Assembly (NCBI GenBank): GCA_025757685.1
Contig: CP107220.1
Span: forward strand, 830,124 to 894,123
Direction of reading: 5' to 3'
DNA from: Oscillospiraceae bacterium
Lineage (GTDB): Bacteria > Bacillota > Clostridia > Oscillospirales > Acutalibacteraceae
DNA: 64,000 bases
A program made the position numbers and the translations under genes. Positions 10,097 through 20,138 of this stretch are shown here, in pieces (position 1 is the first letter of the stretch; each line of letters begins with the position of its first letter). The notes under the pieces were generated by a model that did not search any database, was not told the origin of the DNA, and was given only the letters and a program-made list of their open reading frames with translations.

Positions 10097-10270
10097 CCGT
10101 TCTTTGCTTACCGGTAACCCGGAAAGTGAAGAAAGATAAAAGGCAATGCCGTACAGATTTTGCAATAAATGCCTATTTACACAAAAAAAGGCTGTTAAGT
10201 GTAAGTTTTTGTTGACCTTGATAACAGCCGGTGTTATAATCTATTCAGAAAATTTAACGGAGGGATTTTC

Positions 10271-11290
10271 ATGAACGTATTGATTTTTGGCGGTACCGGT
10301 TTGCTGGGCTCCGCCGCAGCACAGATTTTTATCGACAGAGGGCATCATGTAAAGACCATTGCACTGCCCCCGCTGCCGGAAGGCGCACCTATTCCCAAGG
10401 AGATGGAGATCGAGTTCGGCAACTTCCTGGAGCTGTCCGATGAGCAGCTGGAAGCCGCTATGACCGGCATGGATGCATTTGTTTATGCTGCCGGTGTGGA
10501 CGAGCGTGTAGAGTTCCCCGCTCCCGTATATGACGCTTATAAGAAGTACAACATTGATCCTGTGGATCGTTGCCTGGCTATGGCCAAGAAGTGCGGCGTA
10601 AAGCGTTGCGTAGTGCTGGGTTCTTATTTCTCCTGGCTGGCTAAGACGCACCCGGAAATGGATCTTTGCGCAAAGCACCCCTATATCCGCTCTCGTATTG
10701 ATCAGGAGAAAGTGGCTGCAAAATATGCTGATGAGAACATGGGTGTTGGCGTGCTGGAGCTGCCTTACATCTTTGGTACACAGCCCGGTCGTCGTCCTGT
10801 TTGGGTCATTTTGATCGAGCAGCTGCAGCGGTTTGAGAAATTGCCTTTCACTATGTATCCGGCCGGCGGTACAGCTATGCTGACCGTGCGTCAGGTAGGT
10901 GAGTGCATCGTTGGCGCTGCGGAGCAGGTACAGGGCTTCCGTGCTTATGGCATCTCCTGCTACAATATGCACTGGAGAGAGTTCCTGAAGATTGTTTACC
11001 GTGCCATGGATGGTATTCAGGATCGTAAGATCGTGGATGTACCGAAATGGACTTTCCAGGCCTTTGGTCTGCATATGCGCAAGGAATATGCAAAGCGCAA
11101 TGTACAGTCCGGTATTGATCCCGTAGGTCTGGCTGACATTATGGGTATGGATCTGTTCATTCCCACGGATGACACCAAGGAACTGGGTTGCACCCCCGAT
11201 GATATTGAGGCTGCCATCTTTGATTCCATTGCTCTGTCTAAGGCTTCCTTTGAGGGTAAAGCAAAGCTGCTGGAAATGAAGGGCGAGTAA
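10271..11290 (+). CDS. NAD-dependent epimerase/dehydratase family protein
   Basis: N-terminal Rossmann motif IFGGTGLLG, 339 aa. Confidence 0.7.
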   Translation: MNVLIFGGTGLLGSAAAQIFIDRGHHVKTIALPPLPEGAPIPKEMEIEFGNFLELSDEQLEAAMTGMDAFVYAAGVDERVEFPAPVYDAYKKYNIDPVDRCLAMAKKCGVKRCVVLGSYFSWLAKTHPEMDLCAKHPYIRSRIDQEKVAAKYADENMGVGVLELPYIFGTQPGRRPVWVILIEQLQRFEKLPFTMYPAGGTAMLTVRQVGECIVGAAEQVQGFRAYGISCYNMHWREFLKIVYRAMDGIQDRKIVDVPKWTFQAFGLHMRKEYAKRNVQSGIDPVGLADIMGMDLFIPTDDTKELGCTPDDIEAAIFDSIALSKASFEGKAKLLEMKGE

Positions 11291-11310
11291 TCCTACATAA
11301 TAAAAATATG

Positions 11311-11340
11311 CGCTCCGGAGTATTCCGGAGCGTTGTTTTA
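11311..11340 (+). terminator. Intrinsic terminator
   Basis: CGCTCCGGA / TCCGGAGCG stem followed by a T-rich tract. Confidence 0.6.
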
Positions 11341-11397
11341 TGCTTTAATGAAATAAAGCGGCAACCGTTCGGCTGCCGCTTTTTCTGTAACGATATT

Positions 11398-12864
11398 TTA
11401 GATATGGTTTTTCAGGTAAGACAAAATCAGAGGATTGACCTTGCTGTCATAGTTTTTACCCATGGCGTAATTCTCTCTGTTAAACCCGTGATTTGCGCCT
11501 TTAATGCGATACAGGGTAGCAGACTTGTAGGTCTTAACTGCCTTTTCTGAGTATCGGATGGGCACGCGGCTGTCTGCCGTGCCGTGAATGATCATCACGT
11601 CTTTTTTAAAGTTTTTGATGTTGCCGTAAATATCATAATCGATCAGGGTGGAAATATAATCGCGCCCCACGGTCATCACCAGAAAGTTGGCAGTCTTGGG
11701 CACATGGCCTTTGTAGTTCTTGGTCATTTCGTCCGCCATATTCAGTCCCGGGTACATCAGGATCAGTCCACGCACCTTGCTGCTGTTCTTGGAAGCCGTC
11801 AGTGCCGACACCAAACCGCCTTGACTGGTGCCCAACAGAAAAATTTTGTTCTTGTCCACCCGCTTGAGCGCCCGCGCCTTACTTAATACGGACTCTAGGT
11901 CCTTTACTTCGGTAAAGACGGTCATATCCGTGGTTTTACCGTTGCTCTTGCTCTTCTTGCTGCCGCCGCAAAAGTCAAAGCAGTAGGCCACATAGCCGTT
12001 CTTGGCCAGCATGGAACAGTAAGCGTTCATGGACTTGTAGGTCAGCCCAAAGCTATGGGACAAAATGACTGTGGGTCGGTGATAACCGACGCCGTCCGGT
12101 ACATAGACCTGACCGTAAATGCGGTTCTTGCCCCGTTTGGCCCAAACCGTCTCTGTGTGGTACGCCTGCTTGCGGATATTGGCTTTTACAGTCTTGGTAT
12201 TGCTCCAAGAGCCGTAATACTTCTTTCCGTTTAAGTTCTTATAAGGCCGCAGGTGCACATAATAAGTGCCGCTGTATGGCGCATAGTAGGTGGCCGCCTT
12301 GTTGCTGCCGCCCACCAAAATGCTCTCACCGTTTTTGAACTGCTTATTGCGGGCGTAGATCACCTGGTAGCCGCTGGCAGCGCCCTTTTTCCAGCTGACG
12401 GTTATTTTTGCACCACTTGCTTTTGCAGACTGCAAGGTAACTTTTGCCGGCTTGGTGGCGACGGTCAGGGTTTTCGCTTTTTTGGAATATAATGTTTTCT
12501 TTCCGGCCTTTTTGTAGGCGTGGATCTGAAGCTTATAGGTAGTGGCAGGGGACAGCTTTTTGACTGTGCCTTTGATTGCGCTGCCTTTGGTGGCGGTGAG
12601 CACCGTTTTCCATTTTTTGCTCTTGCTGTCATACCGGCGAATGCGGTAGCCGCTGGCACCTTTCACTTTACTCCAGCTTAGGCTGACGGTGCTTGCAGAG
12701 CAGCCGGTCATAGAGAACCTGGCTACTTTGCCGGGTGCAGAAGCAGCCAGCGCCACTTCACCCGGGAACACCATGGTTAGCACCAAAAAAGCGCTGAAAA
12801 GGGCACACAAAGCACGTTTATATGCAGATTTTTTCAAGCTGATCACTCTCCTTAACATTTCCAT
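11398..12864 (-). CDS. Secreted alpha/beta hydrolase (esterase-like) with two N-terminal Fn3-like repeats
   Basis: Signal peptide, then two repeats of about 90 aa carrying the W.KV.GASGY..RY motif. The C-terminal domain has the GTSQGG nucleophile elbow and a late HG motif. Confidence 0.7.
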   Translation of the reverse strand: MEMLRRVISLKKSAYKRALCALFSAFLVLTMVFPGEVALAASAPGKVARFSMTGCSASTVSLSWSKVKGASGYRIRRYDSKSKKWKTVLTATKGSAIKGTVKKLSPATTYKLQIHAYKKAGKKTLYSKKAKTLTVATKPAKVTLQSAKASGAKITVSWKKGAASGYQVIYARNKQFKNGESILVGGSNKAATYYAPYSGTYYVHLRPYKNLNGKKYYGSWSNTKTVKANIRKQAYHTETVWAKRGKNRIYGQVYVPDGVGYHRPTVILSHSFGLTYKSMNAYCSMLAKNGYVAYCFDFCGGSKKSKSNGKTTDMTVFTEVKDLESVLSKARALKRVDKNKIFLLGTSQGGLVSALTASKNSSKVRGLILMYPGLNMADEMTKNYKGHVPKTANFLVMTVGRDYISTLIDYDIYGNIKNFKKDVMIIHGTADSRVPIRYSEKAVKTYKSATLYRIKGANHGFNRENYAMGKNYDSKVNPLILSYLKNHI

Positions 12865-13108
12865 CGTGTGTCTATCATTTTTTGCAGTAGATTAAAATAG
12901 GTCCAACCCAGCGCCCGGGCGGCAATCAGGTCAGGCAATCCTGGTCTAACCGATTGGGCCGTACTGCGCCGGTAAGATTGGGTTTGAAGTTATAAAAATT
13001 TCAGCTGCCTCTCACTTCCTTACGCCCTCATAGTAGCACAAACCTTTTCATTTGTAAATAAGCAGACAAAATAATCCGCAAATGTCTGTTATCCCGGTGA
13101 AACCGCAG

Positions 13109-13137
13109 TTGCCTTTCTGCAGATTTGGTAGTATAAT
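13109..13137 (+). promoter_or_regulatory. Sigma-A-type promoter upstream of the rhodanese-TtcA gene
   Basis: TTGCCT, a 17-nt spacer, then TATAAT at 13132-13137. Confidence 0.45.
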
Positions 13138-13151
13138 AGCGGGGAAGTTTT

Positions 13152-14303
13152 ATGACAGGACGAGGGTATATGAAAGAACAAATCACCATAGAGGAACTGC
13201 TGGCGCTGGAACCGGGCAGCTACCTGCTTTATGATATGCGGGACCGCTATTCCTTTGATTACGGCGCCATTCCCGGTGCAGAGCATAAAGAACAGACGGC
13301 GATCTTAGAAGCGGCGGACAGCCTACCGAAGGACATGCCGGTCATCATCTGCTGCAAAAGCGGTCTCCTTAGTGATGCGGTGGCCGAGGAGCTGCGCACC
13401 CGTGGGGTACAGGCCATGAATTTACAGGGCGGCTACTACGGCTACCTGATGCAAAGCCTGCACTTTGAGGCGGATAAAGCGAAAGAAGTGCAGCACAGTA
13501 TTCACAAGAAGTTTCATAAAGAAATTTGGAGCCGCTTTACTGCTGCTTTGGACGAATACAGACTGTTGCAGTCGGGTGATAAGGTGGCCGTTTGTATCAG
13601 CGGCGGCAAGGACAGTATGCTGATGGCGCTGCTGTTCCAGGAACTGCAAAAGCACAGTCGCTTTCCCTTTGAAGTGGTGTATCTGGTGATGGATCCGGGT
13701 TACAGTCCCAAGAACCGGGAGGTGATTGAGCGCAACGCCCGCACCTTAGGACTGCCCATTACCGTGTTTGAGACAGATATTTTCTCATCCGTTTTGCATA
13801 TTGAAAAGTCGCCCTGCTATATCTGCGCCCGTATGCGCCGTGGGCATTTGTATAACAAGGCCAAGGAGTTGGGCTGCAACAAGATCGCCCTGGGTCACCA
13901 TTACGACGATGTAATCGAGACGATTTTAATGGGCATGCTGTACGGAGGCCAGGTGCAAACCATGATGCCCAAGCTGCACAGCACCAACTTTGCCGGTATG
14001 GAACTGATCCGCCCGCTGTACTTGGTGCGGGAAAGCAGCATTGAACACTGGCGGGATTATAACGGCCTGCACTTTATCCAGTGCGCCTGCAAGTTTACGG
14101 ACACCTGCACCTCTTGCAACCCGGACAATACTTCCAAGCGTAAGCGTACCAAGGAACTGATCCAAATGCTGCATGCAGAAAGTCCACAGGTGGAAAGCAA
14201 CATCTTCCGCAGTGTGGAGCATGTGAATATTGACACAGTGATCGGCTACAAGCAGCACGGTCAGCTTCATTCGTTCCTGGACAGTTATGATGAAACCGAA
14301 TAA
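13152..14303 (+). CDS. Rhodanese domain fused to a TtcA-family PP-loop tRNA thiolation ATPase
   Basis: N-terminal rhodanese with the active-site loop CCKSGLLS. This is followed by the PP-loop SGGKDS and two CxxC pairs (CYIC, CTSC). The start could instead be the ATG at 13170. Confidence 0.7.
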   Translation: MTGRGYMKEQITIEELLALEPGSYLLYDMRDRYSFDYGAIPGAEHKEQTAILEAADSLPKDMPVIICCKSGLLSDAVAEELRTRGVQAMNLQGGYYGYLMQSLHFEADKAKEVQHSIHKKFHKEIWSRFTAALDEYRLLQSGDKVAVCISGGKDSMLMALLFQELQKHSRFPFEVVYLVMDPGYSPKNREVIERNARTLGLPITVFETDIFSSVLHIEKSPCYICARMRRGHLYNKAKELGCNKIALGHHYDDVIETILMGMLYGGQVQTMMPKLHSTNFAGMELIRPLYLVRESSIEHWRDYNGLHFIQCACKFTDTCTSCNPDNTSKRKRTKELIQMLHAESPQVESNIFRSVEHVNIDTVIGYKQHGQLHSFLDSYDETE

Positions 14304-14318
14304 GCCTAAATAAAATGA

Positions 14319-14348
14319 ACCCCGGAGTACAAACTCCGGGGTCTTTTG
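14319..14348. terminator. Bidirectional intrinsic terminator between convergent genes
   Basis: 10-bp stem ACCCCGGAGT / ACTCCGGGGT flanked by A-rich and T-rich tracts. Confidence 0.75.
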
Positions 14349-14362
14349 TATCTGATTTGGTT

Positions 14363-16405
14363 TTAGAAGTTCAGCAGACCTGCGCCGCCGTTGACTGCCA
14401 TAAAGGCAGAGGAGAACACCAAAGACACAATGGTCATCAGCTTAATAAGAATGTTGATAGACGGGCCGGAGGTGTCCTTAAAGGGATCGCCTACGGTGTC
14501 GCCAACCACGGCAGCCTTATGGGCTTCAGAGCCTTTGCCGCCGTCTTTCAGACCCTCAATGTACTTTTTGGCATTGTCCCAGGCACCGCCACTATTGGCC
14601 ATAAAGATTGCCATCATAACGCCGCTGACCAGCGCACCTGCCAGCAGACCGCCCAGGCTCTCAACACCCAGCAGGAAGCCTACCAGTAAAGGAGCCACCA
14701 CTGCCATAATGCCGGGCAGAATCATCTCTTTAAGTGCTGCGGTAGTGGAGATGGACACGCACTTGGTGTAGTCCGGCTTCTCCGTACCCTTTAAGATGCC
14801 GGGTTTCTCCCGGAATTGGCGGCGCACTTCCTCGATCATCTTGTTCGCAGCCTTGCCAACGGAACTCATGGTAAAGGCAGAGAACAGGAAGGGGAGCATA
14901 CCGCCCAAGAACAAGCCTGCCACAACTTTGGCATCCAAAATGCTCATACCGCCACTGGTGATATTCGTAGTTTCTGCAAAGGAGGCGAACAGCGCCAGCG
15001 CCGTCAAAGCGGCAGAACCGATGGCAAAGCCTTTGCCTACTGCGGCTGTGGTGTTACCTACGCTGTCCAGCTTATCGGTGATCTTGCGCACAGAGCCATC
15101 CAGTTCACTCATCTCGGCAATACCGCCGGCATTGTCCGCAATCGGACCGTAAGCGTCCACCGCCACGGTGATCCCGGTGGTAGACAGCATACCTACGGCA
15201 GCAAGTGCGATACCGTAAAGACCTAAGAATTTGTAAGACAGCAGTATACCCACAGCGATAAACAGCACCGGAATGGCGGTGGAACGCATGCCCACGCTCA
15301 TACCGCTGATAATGTTGGTTGCAGCGCCGGTTTTGGAGCTTTCTGCAATTTCTTTTACGGATTTATAGTGATCGGAAGTATAAATTTCCGTCAGCTTACC
15401 GATGGCAGTGCCCACGATCAGGCCGCACAGCACACACCAAAAGCCGTTCATGGTGCCCAGCATAAAGTGGCTCAGCAACCCGGCGGCAAGGATCACCAGC
15501 GCCGTTGCCGTATATTCGCCCCGGTTCAAGGCGCGCTGCGGGTCCGTGCCGTCCTTGGCGCGTACAAAGAATGTGGCGATCACGGAACCGAGAATGCCCA
15601 CGCCGCACAGCACCAGCGGGAAGATCGCCGCATACAGGCGACTGCTGACGGTGGTAGCCGCAAATGCCAAGGTGATGGCAGAGATAATGGAGCCAACATA
15701 GCTTTCAAACAAATCGGCGCCCATACCGGCTACATCGCCCACATTGTCACCCACATTGTCTGCAATGGTTGCCGGGTTGCGGGGATCGTCCTCCGGAATA
15801 CCTGCCTCCACTTTGCCCACCAGATCGGCGCCTACATCCGCAGCCTTGGTATAAATACCGCCGCCGACACGGGCAAACAGAGCGATAGAAGACGCACCCA
15901 AACTAAAGCCTGTGAGAATATTCAGAGCAGAGGCATTGCTCACCAGATCGTACTTACTGTTTAGGAACAGGAAGATTAAACCCACGCCGATGACGCCCAG
16001 GCCGACCACAGACAAACCCATCACGGCACCGCCGCTAAAGGCAATCTTTAGTGCTTTATTCATGCCTCGCTCCCGCGCAGCATTGGCGGTGCGCACATTG
16101 GCTTTAGTGGCCACGGTCATACCAAAGAACCCGGCCAGGGTAGAGAACAGAGCGCCCAGCACAAAGCAAACGGCGGTGAGCCAGTTGATCACCAAGCCGA
16201 TCACTACAAACAGTACCACGGCAAAAACAATCAGAATTCGATACTCGGCAAACAAAAAGGCGCGAGCGCCGGTGGCGATGGCGTCGGCAATCTCTTTCAT
16301 CTTTGCCGTGCCGGCGTCTTTCTTACCGATATAGCGTGCAGTGAACAGGGCGAACAGCAGCGCCACCAAACCGCACACAGGTACAAGGTACAATAACTTT
16401 TCCAT
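14363..16405 (-). CDS. hppA: Membrane-bound ion-translocating pyrophosphatase
   Basis: 680 aa, about 16 TM segments, with conserved [17 protein letters not shown] and DNVGDNVGD motifs. Confidence 0.9.
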   Translation of the reverse strand: MEKLLYLVPVCGLVALLFALFTARYIGKKDAGTAKMKEIADAIATGARAFLFAEYRILIVFAVVLFVVIGLVINWLTAVCFVLGALFSTLAGFFGMTVATKANVRTANAARERGMNKALKIAFSGGAVMGLSVVGLGVIGVGLIFLFLNSKYDLVSNASALNILTGFSLGASSIALFARVGGGIYTKAADVGADLVGKVEAGIPEDDPRNPATIADNVGDNVGDVAGMGADLFESYVGSIISAITLAFAATTVSSRLYAAIFPLVLCGVGILGSVIATFFVRAKDGTDPQRALNRGEYTATALVILAAGLLSHFMLGTMNGFWCVLCGLIVGTAIGKLTEIYTSDHYKSVKEIAESSKTGAATNIISGMSVGMRSTAIPVLFIAVGILLSYKFLGLYGIALAAVGMLSTTGITVAVDAYGPIADNAGGIAEMSELDGSVRKITDKLDSVGNTTAAVGKGFAIGSAALTALALFASFAETTNITSGGMSILDAKVVAGLFLGGMLPFLFSAFTMSSVGKAANKMIEEVRRQFREKPGILKGTEKPDYTKCVSISTTAALKEMILPGIMAVVAPLLVGFLLGVESLGGLLAGALVSGVMMAIFMANSGGAWDNAKKYIEGLKDGGKGSEAHKAAVVGDTVGDPFKDTSGPSINILIKLMTIVSLVFSSAFMAVNGGAGLLNF

Positions 16406-16610
16406 AAATTAACCACTCCCGGTCCGAATTCCGGCAAAGCCGAGAATTCTTATACTTTATTCTATTTTTACCATACTTGTAAGAAAAAGTCAACAAACAA
16501 AATAGCCGCCGTTTATTAAGAATTGTTTATGTTTGACAAAAATATGCAAAAAAGGCGATATAAGTGCATAAGATTTCGTATACCGGCCCAAAACAGTCCG
16601 GCGTGTGCAT

Positions 16611-16643
16611 AAAAAAACAGTACGGCAGAACCGTACTGTTTTT
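16611..16643. terminator. Bidirectional intrinsic terminator downstream of the GPH symporter gene
   Basis: ACAGTACGG / CCGTACTGT stem flanked by an A-run and a T-run. Confidence 0.7.
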
Positions 16644-16668
16644 ATCGCTATAAAATAGTATGTAAGAC

Positions 16669-18186
16669 TTAGTCGGCAGTTTTTTCGTTCTGCTCTGCCA
16701 AACGGGCAGCGCGCTTCTCCGCCAGTTCCACGATCATCTGCTGCTGCAGGTCACCGTGAATGTTGTAGAACAGGAAAGACAGACCGTAAAGGCCACGGGC
16801 CAAACCGGGCAGGATACAGAACACCGCCCAAATACCGGACAGAATAGCGGGATCCGTTTGAGGCACAGCGTTGCCCAGGGAGTCGGTGAGGGGAATGTAG
16901 TTAATCCAGGTCAGTACCATACCGGACATCCAAGAAGTAATAGAAGTTGCCAGTTTCTGAAAGTAGCCCTGTACGGTGGTTACCAGCGCTTCGTTACGCA
17001 GACCGTGCTTCCATTCCATATAGTCCAGAGCTTCTGCGGTCAAAATGGGGTTAACCACCTGAATGACTTTATTGGGCAGGCCGCAAATGGTCAGACCGAA
17101 GACCACCCAAATGAAGTTGAGAATTCTGTGGTCGCCGAAAGTCTGGCCAAAGGGGTGGTAACCGATAAAGAACAGAGTAAAGTAAGCCACACCGCCAAAC
17201 ACACCGGCCAAGATTGCCGTTACGCGAGCACCCAGCCTCTTAACCAGTTTGGCAGCCATAGGCACCATCAGGTAGTTGGGAATACCGGTAAATAGACCGC
17301 AGATGGTCTGGTTCATAATGGCGCCGGTATTGTTTAGCCAGAAGTACTGCTCGGAGGAGCCGCCTACGGCCTTAAAGTTGTTAAAGAAATCCGACAGAAT
17401 GATGGCAAACAGGGGACGGTTGGAGAAGATCTCCTTAATGGACTGGAGAACAGAGGTCTCGTTCATCTCCTCGCGGCTCATCAGCGGCACCCGCTCCCGC
17501 ATATTGAAGAACCCGAACACCGAGAACCCGGCGCAAAGGATCAACATACAGTAGGCGAAGCCGGAGTACACGCCCTGCATGGTAATGTTCTTATTAACCT
17601 TTGGCAGCAGCTGTACAAACACGGGAACCAGTGAGGGCAGCCAGGTGCCGAACAGCTCAAAAAACTTGGTGGTGGTAATTAAGTTATTTCGCTCGTCGTT
17701 ATTTGGCGTTATGTTATAAACAAGCAGCCAGTAGGCGCCGAAGTAGCTCATACCCAGACCGTACAGTAATATGCCTATGGCGGACCAAACGATCTTTTGT
17801 GTGGAATTCAGATCCGGAGCGGTAAACATCATATAGCCGCCGATGAGCCACATAGGCAGGGACAGGATCAAGAACGGCCGAATACGCCCCCAACGGGTAC
17901 GGGTACGGTCAATGATCAGTCCGCTGATGGTATCGTCCGCCGCATCATAAATGGAGGCAAACAGGTTGATGTTTGCGTACGCGGTGGTGTTCAGCTTTAA
18001 AAACTGGATCATAAAGAATTCCTTGAACGCACTGGTAAACTGGTCCAAGTTCTTCTTACCGAAGTTCACCAGCACAAAGGCGGCGATCTCCTTCGGTGAC
18101 AAGTAGCGCTTTTTGGTATAGGCCAGCCTTTCCAATTCTTCCAGTTCAGAATCGTTTAGCTGCTGAGACTCAACTTTTTCTGCCAA
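16669..18186 (-). CDS. GPH-family glycoside/pentoside/hexuronide:cation symporter (MFS)
   Basis: 505 aa, 12 TM segments, with the GPH signature DRTRTRWGRIRPF. Confidence 0.75.
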   Translation of the reverse strand: MAEKVESQQLNDSELEELERLAYTKKRYLSPKEIAAFVLVNFGKKNLDQFTSAFKEFFMIQFLKLNTTAYANINLFASIYDAADDTISGLIIDRTRTRWGRIRPFLILSLPMWLIGGYMMFTAPDLNSTQKIVWSAIGILLYGLGMSYFGAYWLLVYNITPNNDERNNLITTTKFFELFGTWLPSLVPVFVQLLPKVNKNITMQGVYSGFAYCMLILCAGFSVFGFFNMRERVPLMSREEMNETSVLQSIKEIFSNRPLFAIILSDFFNNFKAVGGSSEQYFWLNNTGAIMNQTICGLFTGIPNYLMVPMAAKLVKRLGARVTAILAGVFGGVAYFTLFFIGYHPFGQTFGDHRILNFIWVVFGLTICGLPNKVIQVVNPILTAEALDYMEWKHGLRNEALVTTVQGYFQKLATSITSWMSGMVLTWINYIPLTDSLGNAVPQTDPAILSGIWAVFCILPGLARGLYGLSFLFYNIHGDLQQQMIVELAEKRAARLAEQNEKTAD

Positions 18187-18356
18187 AACATTCCCTCATT
18201 TCAGGGCCGTAGCCCAACAAAATCATAACGATATAATTTTAGCATAATAAGTAGAGCAAATCAACACTTTTTTCTGTACAAAAGTAACAAGATAATGCAC
18301 GATGAGAAAAGTTGTGTAACATTTCTCCTGGCTTTTGATTTTTGCCGGCAATTCTA

Positions 18357-18385
18357 TTGACAACCGGCGCCAAACATTATAAAAT
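18357..18385 (+). promoter_or_regulatory. Sigma-A-type promoter
   Basis: TTGACA, a 17-nt spacer, then TAAAAT, about 100 nt upstream of the ATG at 18486. Confidence 0.4.
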
Positions 18386-18485
18386 ATTTTGGTGAATATG
18401 ATGGCTGTAACGGACTGATATTCGTTTCCATATTCGTTTTCATTGATAACAGAACCAGCGCCACGGCGCCGAAAGGATGTAGACT

Positions 18486-19412
18486 ATGGCATCGACCTGC
18501 CCCAACTGCGGCAAAAAATTACATTTTTGGAACATTAAGGCGGAGTGCTCCGCCTGCGGTGTGAGCATTCCTAATTTTGATTGGGAGGCCAGACTGGAGG
18601 AGGACAACCGCAATGCGGAAAAAGCCTTCGGCGTGTTTAACCGCACCCTCAGCCGTATGGCGTATTCCATGTGGGGCACCAAGCTGCGCATTGCTCGCCT
18701 GGTGCTGACCTTTTTGCCGGCTGTGGGTTTCATTTTACCCTGGTCCAATATCAAAGGCACCGGCTCCAGCTTTGTGCTGAGTATTCTCGCTTTTGACGGT
18801 AGCAAGTCGCTGATTGACTTTTTCAAGGCGTTTTTTGGCGATGTAGGACTGTTTACCACAACTATGGGTATGGAGGGCTACGGCGGTCCGGTGACCCTTG
18901 GTGTGATTGGCTACTTCCTGTTCTTACTCAGCGCTTTATTTATTGTGATCGCATTCTTTATGGTACTGATCCGCTGCAAGAATTCCAAGACCAAGACGAC
19001 CATTGTTTTTGATGTACTGTCTGTTGCGGCTTCTGTCGCCGCCGTAATCTGCTTTACCGTTGGCGGTCAGCGGGGCGCGGATCTGGGTGCATTCAGCTTT
19101 GGCGGCAACGCGGCTCTGGCACCCAGCGGTTCCATCGGTTGGGGCTACTTTGTGGCGCTGCTTTTGCTGCTGGTTGCCACCGGCATGAACATTGCCGTTG
19201 TTAAAGCGCCGGCCAAGTCTGACGAGCAGTTGGAGAACGAACGCCTGGCGCGGGTGGCTGCGAAAGAAGAAAAAGAGCGCCTGGCTGAAGAAAAACGGGA
19301 ACTGGAGCGCGTACAGGCTGCCAAGAAAGCCCAGGAAGAAGAAAAAGCTAAGGTGGAAGAAGCCAAGCGAAAGCTGGCTGCCAAAGCGGAAAAGCGTAAG
19401 AACAAGAAATAA
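18486..19412 (+). CDS. Zinc-ribbon membrane protein with a Lys/Glu-rich coiled-coil tail
   Basis: N-terminal CPNC...CSAC ribbon, several TM helices, and a C-terminal KE-rich low-complexity region. Confidence 0.5.
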   Translation: MASTCPNCGKKLHFWNIKAECSACGVSIPNFDWEARLEEDNRNAEKAFGVFNRTLSRMAYSMWGTKLRIARLVLTFLPAVGFILPWSNIKGTGSSFVLSILAFDGSKSLIDFFKAFFGDVGLFTTTMGMEGYGGPVTLGVIGYFLFLLSALFIVIAFFMVLIRCKNSKTKTTIVFDVLSVAASVAAVICFTVGGQRGADLGAFSFGGNAALAPSGSIGWGYFVALLLLLVATGMNIAVVKAPAKSDEQLENERLARVAAKEEKERLAEEKRELERVQAAKKAQEEEKAKVEEAKRKLAAKAEKRKNKK

Positions 19413-19540
19413 ACCAAAAGGAGCGGCACAGCTGCGGCAAATCGCCGAGCCTGCGGCTCCTTTTTTGTTGCCTTGACCGGCAAGGCCGGTTTTGGTATAA
19501 TGTAAAAGAGATTATTCGACTATTCGACAACTGGAGTGAT

Positions 19541-20110
19541 ATGATGGCAGAGGACAAACAAGAGTTGACCCCAACCGTAGAAAAAAAAGCAAAGAAGAAG
19601 CTCAGTGGCAAACAAAAAGGCATAATCGCCGGCGTTGTGGTGGCCGTAGTGATACTGCTGGTAGGCATTGCCGGTTACGTGGTGACCCATGTAAACAGCT
19701 ACGCCTTTTACAATAAAGTCGTGATCGCGTTGGCACCGGATAAAATAGAGGACTACGGCAAGACCTTTTACCTTAAGACCAACCCGGACTATGACCAGAA
19801 GAAGGCACCCAACGAGCCAATGTTCATCTGCTACTATAAAGATGCAAGCGGCAAGGAAGTGGATCTGCCCGGCGGCACCTATAAAGAGAACGGCAATAAC
19901 GGCCAGGTGCTCATCGCATTTTTGGGCAAAGCCGCCGAGAAAGTGGTCGCCATTCAAAAGACCGTAACCATTATCTTTTGGGTGTTGGTGGCCGTGGCCG
20001 TTTGCGTGCTGATCTATATTTGGTATCGGCTGGACGCCCGCTATGAGGAGCGCCAAATGCTGGCTGCCCACGGTGGCAGAGAAAAAGATAAAAAGAAACA
20101 CAAGAATTAA
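19541..20110 (+). CDS. Hypothetical bitopic membrane protein
   Basis: 189 aa with TM helices near both ends. I recognise no motif. Confidence 0.4.
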   Translation: MMAEDKQELTPTVEKKAKKKLSGKQKGIIAGVVVAVVILLVGIAGYVVTHVNSYAFYNKVVIALAPDKIEDYGKTFYLKTNPDYDQKKAPNEPMFICYYKDASGKEVDLPGGTYKENGNNGQVLIAFLGKAAEKVVAIQKTVTIIFWVLVAVAVCVLIYIWYRLDARYEERQMLAAHGGREKDKKKHKN

Positions 20111-20138
20111 GTCTGCGATGGCAGTGCGAGGTTTGCTT

